Positions 36,501 through 47,860 of a stretch of DNA of 64,000 nucleotides are shown piece by piece. Under the pieces are notes generated by a model. It was given only the letters and a program-made list of their open reading frames with translations. It did not search any database and was not told where the DNA came from. Each line of letters starts with the position of its first letter. The stretch's first letter is position 1. Origin of the DNA: Octopus sinensis (taxonomy: Eukaryota); the NCBI RefSeq assembly GCF_006345805.1, contig NC_043026.1:14239579-14303578 (forward strand). Reading direction: 5' to 3'. A program made the position numbers and the translations under genes.

Positions 36501-39500
36501 TGGCCATGCTGGAGCACCACCTTTTAGTCAAGCAAATCGACCCCAGGACTTATTCTTTGTAAGCCTAGTACTTATTCTATCAGTCTCTTTTACTTATTTC
36601 AGTCATTTGACTGTGGCCATGCTGGAGCACTACCTTTAGTCGAGCAAATCGACCCCGGGACTTATTCTTTGTAAGCCTAGTACTTATTCTATCGGTCTCT
36701 TTTACTTGTTTCAGTCATTTGACTGTGGCCATGCTGGAGCACTACCTTTAGTCGAGCAAATCGACCCGGGACTTATTCTTTGTAAGCCTAGTACTTATTC
36801 TGTCGGTCTCTTTTACTTGTTTCAGTCATTTGACTGTGGCCATGCTGGAGCACTACCTTTAGTCGAGCAAATCGACCCCGGGACTTATTCTTTGTAAGCC
36901 TAGTACTTATTCTATCGGTCTCTTTTACTTGTTTCAGTCATTTGACTATGGCCATGCTGGAGCACTACCTTTAGTCGAGCAAATCGACCCCGGGACTTAT
37001 TCTTTGTAAGCCTAGTACTTATTCTATCGGTCTCTTTTACTTGTTTCAGTCATTTGACTGTGGCCATGCTGGAGCACTACCTTTAGTCGAGCAAATCGAC
37101 CCCGGGACTTATTCTTTGTAAGCCTAGTACTTATTCTATCGGTCTCTTTTACTTGTTTCAGTCATTTGACTGTGGCCATGCTGGAGCACCACCTTTTAGT
37201 CAAGCAAATCGACCCCGGGACTTATTCTTTGTAAGCCTAGTACTTATTCTATCGGTCTCTTTTACTTGTTTCAGTCATTTGACAGTGGCCATGCTGGAGC
37301 ACCACCTTTAAGTCAAGCAAATCGACCCCGGGACTTATTCTTTGTAAGCCTAGTACTTATTCTATCGGTCTCTTTTACTTGTTTCAGTCATTTGACTGTG
37401 GCCATGCTGGAGCACTACCTTTAGTCGAGCAAATCGACCCCGGGACTTATTCTTTGTAAGCCTAGTACTTATTCTATCGGTCTCTTTAACTTGTTTCAGT
37501 CATTTGACTATGGCCATGCTGGAGCACCCTTAGTCGAGCAAATCGACCCCGGGACTTATTCTTTGTAAGCCTAGTACTTATTCTATCGGTCTCTTTACTT
37601 GTTTCAGTCATTTGACTGTGGCCATGCTGGAGCACTACCTTTAGTCGAGCAAATCGACCCCGGGACTTATTCTTTGTAAGCCTAGTACTTATTCTATCGG
37701 TCTCTTTTACTTGTTTCAGTCATTTGACTGTGGCCATGCTGGAGCACCACCTTTTAGTCAAGCAAATCGACCCGGGACTTATTCTTTGTAAGCCTAGTAC
37801 TTATTCTATCGGTCTCTTTTACTTGTTTCAGTCATTTGACTGTGGCCATGCTGGAGCACTACCTTAGTCGAGCAAATCGACCCCGGGACTTATTCTTTGT
37901 AAGCCTAGTACTTTTCTATCGGTCTCTTTTACTTGTTTCAGTCATTTGACTGCGGCCATGCTGGAGCCGCCTTTTAGTCGAGCAAATCGACCCCGGGACT
38001 TATTCTTTGTAAGCCTAGTACTTATTCTATCGGTCTCTTTTACTTGTTTCAGTCATTTGACTGTGGCCATGCTGGAGCAGCACCGCCTTTAGTCGAGCAA
38101 ATCGACCCCGGGACTTATTCTTTGTAAGCCTAGTACTTATTCTATCGGTCTCTTTTACTTGTTTCAGTCATTTGACTGTGGCCATGCTGGAGCACCGCCT
38201 TTAATCGAGCAAATCGACCCCGGGACTTATTCTTTGTAAGCCCAGTACTTATTCTATCTGTCTCTTTTACTTGTTTCAGTCATTTGACTGTGGCCATGCT
38301 GGAGCACCGCCTTTTAGTCGAGCAAATCGACCCCAGTACTTATTCTTTGTAAGCCTAGTACTTATTCGATTGGTCTCTTTTACTTGTTTCAGTCATTTGA
38401 CTGTGGCATGCTGGAGCTCCGCCTTTTAGTCGAGCAAATCGACCCCAGGACTTATTCTTTGTAAGCCCAGTACTTATTCTATCGGTCTCTTTTACTTGTT
38501 TCAGTCATTTGACTGTGGCCATGCTGGAGCACCGCCATTTAGTCGAGCAAATCGACCCCAGGACTTATTCTTTGTAAGCCTAGTACTTATTCTATCGGTC
38601 TCTTTTACTTGTTTCAGTCATTTGACTGTGGCCATGCTGGAGCTCCGCCTTTTAGTCGAGCAAATCGACCGCAGGACTTATTCTTTGTAAGCCCAGTACT
38701 TATTCTATCGGTCTCTTTTACTTGTTTCAGTCATTTGACTGTGGCCATGCTGGAGCACCGCCATTTAGTCGAGCAAATCGACCCCAGGACTTATTCTTTG
38801 TAAGCCTAGTACTTATTCTATCGGTCTTTTACTTGTTTCAGTCATTTGACTGTGGCCATGCTGGAGCACCGCCTTTAGTCGAGCAAATCGACCCCAGGAC
38901 TTATTCTTTGTAAGCCCAGTACTTATTCTATCGGTCTCTTTTACTTGTTTCAGTCATTTGACTGCGGCCATGCTGGAGCACCGCCTTTAGTCAAGCAAAT
39001 CGACCCCAGGACTTATTCTTTGTAAGCCTAGCACTTATTCTATTGGTCTCTTTTACTTGTTTCAGTCATTTGACTGCGGCCATGCTGGAGCACCGCCTTT
39101 AGTCAAGCAAATCGACCCCAGGACTTATTCTTTGTAAGCCTAGTACTTATTCTATCGGTCTCTTTTACTTGTTTCAGTCATTTGACTGCGGCCATGCTGG
39201 ATCACCGCCTTTAGTCAAGCAAATCGACCCCAGGACTTATTCTTTGTAAGCCTAGTACTTATTCTATCGGTCTCTTTTACTTGTTTCAGTCATTTGATTG
39301 CGGCCATGCTGGAGCACCGCCTTTAGTCGAGCAAATCGACCCCAGGACTTATTCTTTGTAAGCCTAGGACTTATTCTATCGGTCTCTTTTACTTGTTTCA
39401 GTCATTTGACTGCGGCTATGCTGGAGCACCGCCTTTAGTCAAGCAAATCGACCCCAGGACTTATTCTTTGTAAGCCTAGTACTTATTCTATCGGTCTCTT

Positions 39501-40500
39501 ACTTGTTTCAGTCATTTGACTGTGGCCATGCTGGAGCACCGCCTTTAGTCAAGCAAATCGACCCCAGGACTTATTCTTTGAGCCTAGTACTTATTCTATC
39601 GGTCTCTTTTACTTGTTTCAGTCATTTGACTGCGGCCATGCTGGAGCACCGCTTTAGTCAAGCAAATCGACCCCAGGACTTATTCTTTGTAAGCCTAGTA
39701 CTTATTCTATCGGTCTCTTTTACTTGTTTCAGTCATTTGACTGCGGCCATGCTGGAGCACCGCCTTTAGTCAAGCAAATCGACCCCAGGACATATTCTTT
39801 GTAAGCCTAGTACTTATTCTATCGGTCTCTTTTACTTGTTTCAGTCCTTTGACTGCGGCCATGCTGGAGCACCGCCTTTAGTCGAGCAAATCGACCCCGG
39901 GACTTATTCTTTGTAAGCCTAGTACTTATTCTATCGGTCTGTTTTTCTTGTTTCAGTCATTTGACTGCGGCCATGCTGGAGCACTACCTTTAGTCGAGCA
40001 AATCGACCCCGGGACTTATTCTTTGTAATCCTAGTACTTATTCTATCGGTCTCTTTTACTTGTTTCAGTCATTTGACTGCGGCCATGCTGGAGCACTACC
40101 TTTAGTCGAGCAAATCGACCCCGGGACTTATTCTTTGTAAGCCTAGTACTTATTCTATCGGTCTCTTTTACTTGTTTCAGTCATTTGACTGCGGCCATGC
40201 TGGAGCACTACCTTTAGTCGAGCAAATCGACCCCGGGACTTATTCTTTGTAAGCCTAGTACTTATTCTATCGGTCTCTTTTACTTGTTTCAGTCATTTGA
40301 CTGCGGCCATGCTGGAGCACTACCTTTAGTCGAGCAAATCGACCCCGGGACTTATTCTTTGTAAGCCTAGTACTTATTCTATCGGTCGCTTTTACTCGTT
40401 TCAGTCATTTGACTGTGGCCATGCTAGAGCACTACCTTTAGTTGAGCAAATCGACCCCAGGACTTACTCTTTGTAAACCTAGTACTTATTCTATCGTTCC
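24597..40500 (-). repeat. ~16-kb tandem array (~140 copies) of the 112/113-bp SINE family 1 tail
   Basis: Unit ttttacttgtttcagtcatttgactgtggccatgctggagcaccacctttagtcgagcaaatcgaccccaggacttattctttgtaagcctagtacttattctatcggtctc, the reverse complement of the SINE tail. Confidence 0.95.
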
Positions 40501-40718
40501 ACTTTTGCCGAACCGCTAAATAATAGGGACTTAAACACACCAGCATCGGTTGTGAAGTTATGTTGGGAGGACAAACACAGACACACAAACACATACACAC
40601 ACATACATATATAGACATATATATGACAGGCTTCTTTCAGTTTCCGGCTACCAAATCCACTCACAAGGCTTTGGTCGGCCCCGAGGCTATAGTAGAAGAC
40701 ACTTGCCCAAGGTGCCGC
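40501..40718 (-). mobile_element. Body of the 5'-truncated SINE family 1 copy that carries the 16-kb tail array
   Basis: The array continues directly into acttttgccgaaccgctaa...cttgcccaaggtgcc. Confidence 0.85.
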
Positions 40719-41095
40719 GTTAGAGCAGAAGAAAACAACATAGCATGGTATATAAAAAATTCCACAGAACCGCTATCATTAATAGGGGGAAAGTCAGGCT
40801 TGTGTAGAATGGAAGATTGCAAAGATAAAGCACTATACAAGAAATTGGAAACGAATGAAACTGAAAATAGGTGGGTAAAGAAAAGAATGCATGGTCAATT
40901 TCATAGGGGTATTGAAGATAAGACAGACAGAGAAAAAAGATGGTTGTGGATGACTAAAAGTGATTTAAAACCTGAAACGGAGGCTCTAATTTGTGCCGCC
41001 CAAGAGCAGGCATTAAGAACTAATTACATCAAATACAGAATAGACAACACAGTACTCTTTTTTCCACTTGGTTTCACATTTATGTGTTTACTCCA

Positions 41096-41129
<34 letters not shown>

Positions 41130-41813
41130 AATGCGTGTGTCTGTGTATGTCCCCCCAACATCGCTTGACAACCGATGCTGGTGTGTTTACATCCCCATAA
41201 CTTAGCGGTTCGGCAAAAGAGACCGATAGAATAAGTACTGGGCATACAAAAAGAATAAGTCCTGGGGTCGATTTGCTCGACTAAAGTCAGTGCTCCAGCA
41301 TGGCCACAGTGAAATGACTGAAACAAGTAAAAGAAAATTGCAAAGAAATAAATTAATATTTATATACTTATTACTTACCTAAAATATTCACTTATTATAA
41401 GGTTTCTATGGAGATTGGTCAATTGGATTTAACTGATATTTAATAAGGGTAACCGAGGTTAAAGAACATGTCAACTATATATTGATTTAATTAAAGATGA
41501 ACTAATTTTAAGTTGTGGAGATGCCAGTATTAACTCATATAAGCTGAGTATGAATTAATAGGGGTACAAGGATTAGATTTATTTAAGGCTGCTATAAAAA
41601 TAACAATAACAACAATAATAAAATGATCAGTTAGGCGTGGGAGTGGCTGTGTGGTAAGTAGCTTGCTTACCAACCACATGGTTCCGGGTTCAGTCCCACT
41701 GCGTGGCACTTGGGCAAGTGTCTTCTACTATAGCCTCGGGCCGACCAAAGCCTTGTGAGTGGATTTGGTAGACGGAAACTAAAGGAAGTCCGTTGGAATA
41801 TATGTATCTATAT

Positions 41814-41852
<39 letters not shown>

Positions 41853-42023
41853 TTCAGGAGTGGCTGTGTGGTAAGTAGCTTGCTTACCAACACATGGTTC
41901 CGGGTTCAGTCCCACTGCGTGGCACTTGGGCAAGTGTCTTCTACTATAGCCTCGGGCCGACCAAAGCCTTGTGAGTGGATTTGGTAGACGGAAACTGAAA
42001 GAAGCCCGTCGTGTATATGTATG

Positions 42024-42056
<33 letters not shown>

Positions 42057-42630
42057 TTTGCAGAATCTGTAAACAAAACGGTGAAACCGTATGGCATATT
42101 ACCAGCCAATTTATGCCACAAGCCCTGAAGGAATATAAGAGACACCATGACAATATAGCGAGGCTTGTCCATTGGACACTCTGCAGCAAGTATGGACTTG
42201 ACAGAGAAAGGAATTGGTATGACCACAAACCTGAAGGCTTCGTCGAAAATGGAAATGCAAAGATCCTATGGGATTTTATGATTCAGTGCGACCATGAGAT
42301 AGAGAATAGGAAGCCAGACATAGTCTTAATTGAGAAAGAAAACAAACTATGCTGGATCATAGATATAGCATGCCCAGCTGATAAAAGGTATGTGATAAGG
42401 AAGAAAGAAAAGTTGAGAGATATGACAGGTTAGCTTGGGAAGTGAAGCAGTTGTGGTCGATGAAAAAGGTAGCAGTAGTACCAATAATTGTCAGATCCCT
42501 GGGAACAGTGAGTGAAAATCTTGAGAAGTACATGGAACAAATATGGGCTGCAATAAGGGTGGAGCACTTGCAGAAAACAGCACTGCTTGGAACCGCTTGA
42601 ATACTCCGGAAGGTACTTGGAAAATAAGTG
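40719..42630 (+). pseudogene. R4/Dong-like LINE 3' region split in two (40719-41052 and 42059-42630) by a ~1-kb insertion
   Basis: Piece 1 reads KRMHGQF..LKPETEALICAAQEQALRTNYIKYRIDNT. Piece 2 reads CRICKQNGETVWHI..HDNIARLVHW..KILWDFMIQCD..RKPDIVLIEK..IIDIACP..LQKTALLGTA. These are consecutive parts of the CCHC-RLE C-terminus, with frameshifts. Confidence 0.85.
41255..42058 (+). repeat. Inverted duplicate of 45013-45813 (SINE tail end, 300-bp unique sequence, two SINE heads)
   Basis: The unique 41336-41632 segment is the reverse complement of ~45440-45735. Shared diagnostic variants include ctaaagtcagtg, ggaaactaaaggaagtccgttg and ggttcaggagtgg. Confidence 0.9.
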
Positions 42631-42673
42631 TTACCTTAGTTCACTGGTAGTGAACAGATGACACTAGTATTGG

Positions 42674-43058
42674 GATGGAAGCACTCTGTTGGTTATGACG
42701 ACGAGGGTTCCGGTTGATCCAAATCAACGGAACAGCCTGCTCATGAAATTAACGTGTAAGTGGCTGAGCACTCCACAGACACGTGTACCCTTAACGTAGT
42801 TCTCGGGCATATTCAGTGTGACACAGAGAGTGACAAGGCCGGCCCCTTGAAATACAGGTACAACAGAAACAGGATGTAAGAGTGAGAGAAAGTTGAGGTG
42901 AAAGAGTACAGCAGGGATCACCACCATCCCCTGCCGGAGCCTCGTGGAGTTTTAGGTGTTTTCGCTCAATAAACACTCACAACGCCCGGTCTGGGAATCG
43001 AAACCGCGATCCTATGACTGCGAGTCCGCTGCCCTAACCACTGGGTCATTGCACCTCC
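42674..43058 (-). mobile_element. SINE family 3, full length, tRNA-Arg-like head
   Basis: Minus-strand head ggaggtgcaatgacccagtggttagggcagcggacTCGcagtcataggatcgcggtttcgattcccagacc has A and B boxes and a TCG in the anticodon-like position. Confidence 0.8.
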
Positions 43059-43424
43059 ACATCTCCTGTATTAGAAGCTGTGCAAAGGCAATTATAATAA
43101 TAATGATGATGATGATGACAATCACGACAACAACAACAATAATAATAATTAGTGTTAAGTGAAAGGAGAAGATGAGAAGAAGAAATACACTTAATTAAAA
43201 CAAAATCGACAACTAACCAGCGATGCGCAACCAACCAGAAATAACAAAATACCAAAAAGAAACAAAAAGGATGACGAAAATAAATACTAGAATTTTACAA
43301 ATTCTATATAGGTCACAAGGGTAAGCCAACAATTTCAATGGAATGCAACGATGCTGTCAGTAACTAGGTCACACAATGGGAGTGATGGAAATATTGAGAC
43401 CATAACAAAGAAATGTAATACTGA

Positions 43425-43995
43425 GTGTGTGTGTATATGTATGTGTGTGTCCGTGTTTGTCCCCCTAGCATTGCTTGACAACCAATGCTGGTGTGTTTAC
43501 GTCCCCGTCACTTAGCGGTTCGGCAAAAGTGGACCGATAGAATATGTACTGGGCTTGCAAAAAGAATAAGTCCTGGGGTCGATTTGCTTGACTAAAGGCG
43601 GTGCTCCAGCATGGCCACAGTCAAATGACTGAAACGAGTAAAAGAGACCGATAGAATAAGTACTAGGCTTACAAAGAATAAGTCCCGGGGTCGATTTGCT
43701 CGACTAAAGGGGGGTGCTCCAGCATGGCCGCAGTCAAATGACTGAAACGAGTAAAAGAGACCGATAGAATAAGTACTGGGCTTACAAAGAATAAGTCACG
43801 GGGTCGATTTGCTCGACTAAAGGGGGTTGCTCCAGCATGGCCACAGTCAAATGACTGAAACAAGTAAAAGAGACCGATAGAATAAGTACTGGGCTTACAA
43901 AGAATAAGTCACGGGGTCGATTTGCTTGACTAAAGGCGGTGCTCCAGCATGGCCGCAGTCAAATGACTGAAACAAGTAAAAGAGTAAAAGAGTAA
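43425..43995 (+). mobile_element. SINE family 1 3' half with four tandem tails
   Basis: accgatagaat restarts at about 43533, 43647, 43759 and 43873. Confidence 0.85.
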
Positions 43996-44209
43996 AAGTG
44001 TATCTTCAAAATTTCTAAATTTATCTAATTTGTAATATATTTGTTCTCTCACCTTAAATCTCCATGGTAGCATTATATTTTAACCTTATACAAAAAAAAA
44101 TGACATATTCTTCAAAATAATTTTAGTAATTAAGTTTTTCATCCCTTTCTTAAAATGTCCCATCCTCTTAATTTTGGTATTTATATCGGTTTTAAATAGC
44201 CCTTCCAAT

Positions 44210-44580
44210 TAAGTACCCCTAAGAAACTGTAATACCTGTGTCTGTCAGGTTGTACCCTCACCCTGACCACGGCTTTCAACCGATTCTGATGAAACTTGAC
44301 ACACACACATAGCCCAATGTCATAATTCAAAACTAACGTAGCGAAAATTTTGAAAAGTTCCCCCACTTCTGAAAAAAATCAATAAATTCGACATGGGGTC
44401 GAGAATCAGAAACACAAACCACAGACTGTCTAGGGAACGCAACTCGACCTTTTTAACTCTCAAAAAAAATTTACCATAATTTTTTTTCCATTTTTTTGTT
44501 ATTTTTTGGCTATAACTCTCTAAAAATGCTTTATAGTTATTTCCCTTACAAACCCGAGCAACGCCGGGCGATACTGCTAG
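44210..44580 (+). mobile_element. Helitron-like element (same 3' terminus as 18123-18921)
   Basis: Ends cccgagcaacgccgggcgatactgCTAG|T at 44580; the 5' boundary is uncertain. Confidence 0.7.
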
Positions 44581-44809
44581 TCTATATTATACCTCTTAAT
44601 TTAATATTAGTATATGGTTAGCTTGTCCTTTTAACAAATTTTCTGCCCTGATTATAATAAGCAAATTAAGCTAATTTTTTGGCTCATAAATTATTATACA
44701 TTTTCTATAAAAACTTGCTATAAGAGTTAATAAGGTATGAATACTTTATTTTTTATTATGGTGTTTTAGTGATTAATCTATTTTATTCCTTTTCCATGAT
44801 GCTCTACCC

Positions 44810-45016
44810 TAACTCTTTTACTTGTTTCAGTCATTTGAGTGTGGCCATGCTGGAGCACTGCCTTTAGTCGAGCAAATCGACCCCAGGACTTAGTAAGCCT
44901 AGTACTTATTCTATCGGTCTCTTTTGCCGAAACTGCTAAGTTACGGGGACGTTTAACACACCAGCGCATCGGTTGTCAAGCAACGTTGGGGGGGAGGGAT
45001 AAACACAGACACGCAA

Positions 45017-45055
<39 letters not shown>

Positions 45056-45224
45056 CATATACACGACGGGCTTCTTTCAGTTTCCGTCTACCAAATCCAC
45101 TCACAAGGCTTTGGTCGGCCCGAGGCTATAGCAGAAGACACTTGCCCAAGGTGCCACACAGTGTGACTGAACCCGGAACCATGTGGTTGGTAAGCAAGCT
45201 ACTTACCACACAGCCACTCCTGAA

Positions 45225-45259
<35 letters not shown>

Positions 45260-45930
45260 ATATATATACATATATACAACGGACTTCCTTTAGTTTCCGT
45301 CTACCAAATCCACTCACAAGGCTTTGGTCGGCCCGAGGCTATAGCAGAAGACACTTGCCCAAGGTGCCACAGTGTGGGACGGAACCCGGAACCATGTGGT
45401 TGGTAAGCAAGCTACTTACCACACAGCCACTCCCGCACCTAACTGATCATTTTATTATTGTTGTTATTGTTATTTTTATAGCAGCCTTAAATAAATCTAA
45501 TCCTTGTACCCCTATTAATTCATACTCAGCTTATATGAGTTAATACTGGCATCTCCACAACTTAAAATTAGTTCATCTTTAATTAAATCAATATATAGTT
45601 GACATGTTCTTTAACCTCGGTTACCCTTATTAAATATCAGTTAAATCCAATTGACCAATCTCCATAGAAACCTTATAATAAGTGAATATTTGTAGTTAAT
45701 AAGTATATAAATATTAATTTTTTCTTTGCAATTTTCTTTTACTTGTTCCAGTCATTTGACTGTGGCCATGCTGGAGCACTGACTTTAGTCGAGCAAATCG
45801 ACCCCAGGACTTAGTAAGCCTAGTAATTATTCTATCGGTCTCTTTTGCCGAAACTGCTAAGTTACGGGGACGTTTAACACACCAGCATCGGTTGTCAAGC
45901 AATGCTGGGAGGACAAACACAGACATACAA

Positions 45931-45961
<31 letters not shown>

Positions 45962-46132
45962 CATATACACGACGGGCTTCTTTCAGTTTCCGTCTACCAA
46001 ATCCACTCACAAGGCATTGGTTGGCCTGGGGCTGTAGCAGAAGACACTTGCCCAAGGTGCCACGCAGTGGCACTGAACCCGGGACCATGTGGTTGGTAAG
46101 CAAGCTACTTACCACACAGCCACTCCTGTGCC
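44810..46132 (-). mobile_element. Cluster of three SINE family 1 copies or heads around a 300-bp unique segment
   Basis: Copies at about 44810-45225, 45226-45442 and 45735-46132. Confidence 0.8.
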
Positions 46133-46718
46133 TAAAAATATACTCAAAATATTCAAAAAAGTGGTATCCTTTTTGTTAAAATTCTCATTCTTAATAATCT
46201 TCTTGATTACCCTAAAAACATTTTTTAACCTTATACAGTGGAGAAGGCTAGCCACTGGATTTGGTTAAAAAGAGACGATGAGTGATGGCTAGAAGGATAT
46301 TGAGTTAAACTTCATAACCAGCTGATCTAGCAAGCGGGGCCTCATATCAGTGAGGTGGGGCCGGTGCGCATTGATGCCGTCAAGAGGTAGGCCCCGAAAC
46401 GGCGCGCATTCTCTCCTGATGACCCCATACACTTGCTAGCTTCCGGTATATGGAGCTTTTAACTGGTAGCACTTGCATATGCAAGTTGTTTGCAAGACAT
46501 GATAATATTGTTTGAAATGATCTTTAAAAGTTACTTGATTTTTCTTTCTCAAATGGCTCTACCCTCTTGATCTTAGTACTTATAAAGACCTTTATATAAA
46601 TAACCTTTCTAAATAAGTACCAATTATAAAATATAAATATCACATAGAGTGTAATAATAATAACTTCTTAAACCTATAATATAACCCTTAATTTTACAAA
46701 AAGATTAGTTGAAAGTAG

Positions 46719-47131
46719 GGATCTTTTCGGTTTGAACGGCAGTTTTTTCTAGCGGTGTCATATGAAATTGTCACCCATAATTATGACCCTAGTATCGATC
46801 TATTGCATTTCAATCTATTTTAGGGTTAGGGGTGGGGGGAAGGGTATCTTTTTTTCTTTACAAATGTAAGTAAACCCAATCTGTTTCTTAAACGAGGGAC
46901 ATATTCATACGGCACAGAATGTTTTTTTTACCTCAATTGATGTCAGTGATTGGTTGAAATTGCAGAAATTGAAGAAAAAAAACAACAAATATCTTACAAA
47001 CTATAGAATTTTCTCAATAAAGCCAAGAGAAAAAGATGTTTAATAAACATATTCTACCAGTATACGAAGTTTAGAATTTTTTAGTTACCTAGAAATTATG
47101 TTAAAAACTGCCGTTCAAACCGAAAAGATCT
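46719..47131 (+). mobile_element. Unexpanded reference copy of the MITE (413 bp) with an 8-bp target-site duplication
   Basis: GGATC...GATCT termini with a 29-bp TIR. GAAAGTAG on both sides (46711-46718 and 47132-47139); could be read as 9 bp TGAAAGTAG if the last base is missing. Confidence 0.85.
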
Positions 47132-47400
47132 GAAAGTAGAATTGTTCCATAACTTAATTATTCCTTTAGCCAATACCAAACATCAGTCTTTTATAGATAT
47201 TATCTTAACAAATAAATATTATTTTTAGTCTAATATATTTTGAATTATTAAACTTTTTTCTAAAAATCTTCTCTGTTGGTGTTAACAAGCTAAATATATT
47301 TTACCATAGTATTAGTAATTAAACCATTTTATCCCTTTTCTATGATGTTCTGTCCATGATTATTTTATCCTATTTTAATTTTTAAATTAGCCTTTATATA

Positions 47401-47468
47401 TATGATTTTGATTTTGATTTTTCCAGTTTCAGCTAATGAGCTGTGGCCATGCTGGGGCACCGCCATTT
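47401..47468 (-). mobile_element. 3' tip of the L2/CR1-group LINE with an (AAAATC)n tail
   Basis: Reverse complement aaatggcggtgccccagcatggccacagctcattagctgaaa matches 57056-57098. Confidence 0.7.
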
Positions 47469-47860
47469 ACAAAATTATTTATAAAATTATTCAAAGACTT
47501 GTATCTCTATAAATTTCATACTCAACCGAAATGGAAAGGGCTTGTCTTGCTAAAGTACAATAGGCTGGTGAGAAGAGTAATCAATAAAATCATGGTATTT
47601 CAGTAAAAACATAAAAATCTTTTGTCATACCTGTCTATTTTGTACGTGTCCTCGTCTCACCGAACGATCTATGCTATATACTCTCTTGAGTAATCATGAG
47701 AAATTAAATACACCCTTTAAGGAACAGGTGACCTGAATTGTGAAATCTCATTTCGATAGACACTGTGAGGTAGCAGTTTTCTATTAGATGCCACAAACAT
47801 TTCAAACGTATCCTATTTATCCAATCATAGTGTTACTCAGACTGTTACAATGAGGGGTGT

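Noticed and set aside
24597-40500. CRISPR-like array, or repeated small genes (MFQSFDCGHAGAPP... ORFs)
   Set aside because: There are no unique spacers; monomers abut directly and are SINE tails. The ORFs arise from 1-bp length variants of the repeat.
40560-41168. 202-aa ORF (and the 234-aa ORF at 44839-45543) as host genes
   Set aside because: These are chimeric read-throughs of SINE, microsatellite and LINE sequence.
42980-43058. Functional tRNA-Arg gene (and other tRNA-like SINE heads)
   Set aside because: The acceptor stem does not close, and the sequence continues into a multi-copy SINE body.
46370-46430. Intact hammerhead or HDV-like ribozyme
   Set aside because: The strand after CTGATGA (cccc) cannot pair with the strand before GAAA (cccc), and the HDV P2 3' strand is absent. 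Kept only as an unexplained structured island.
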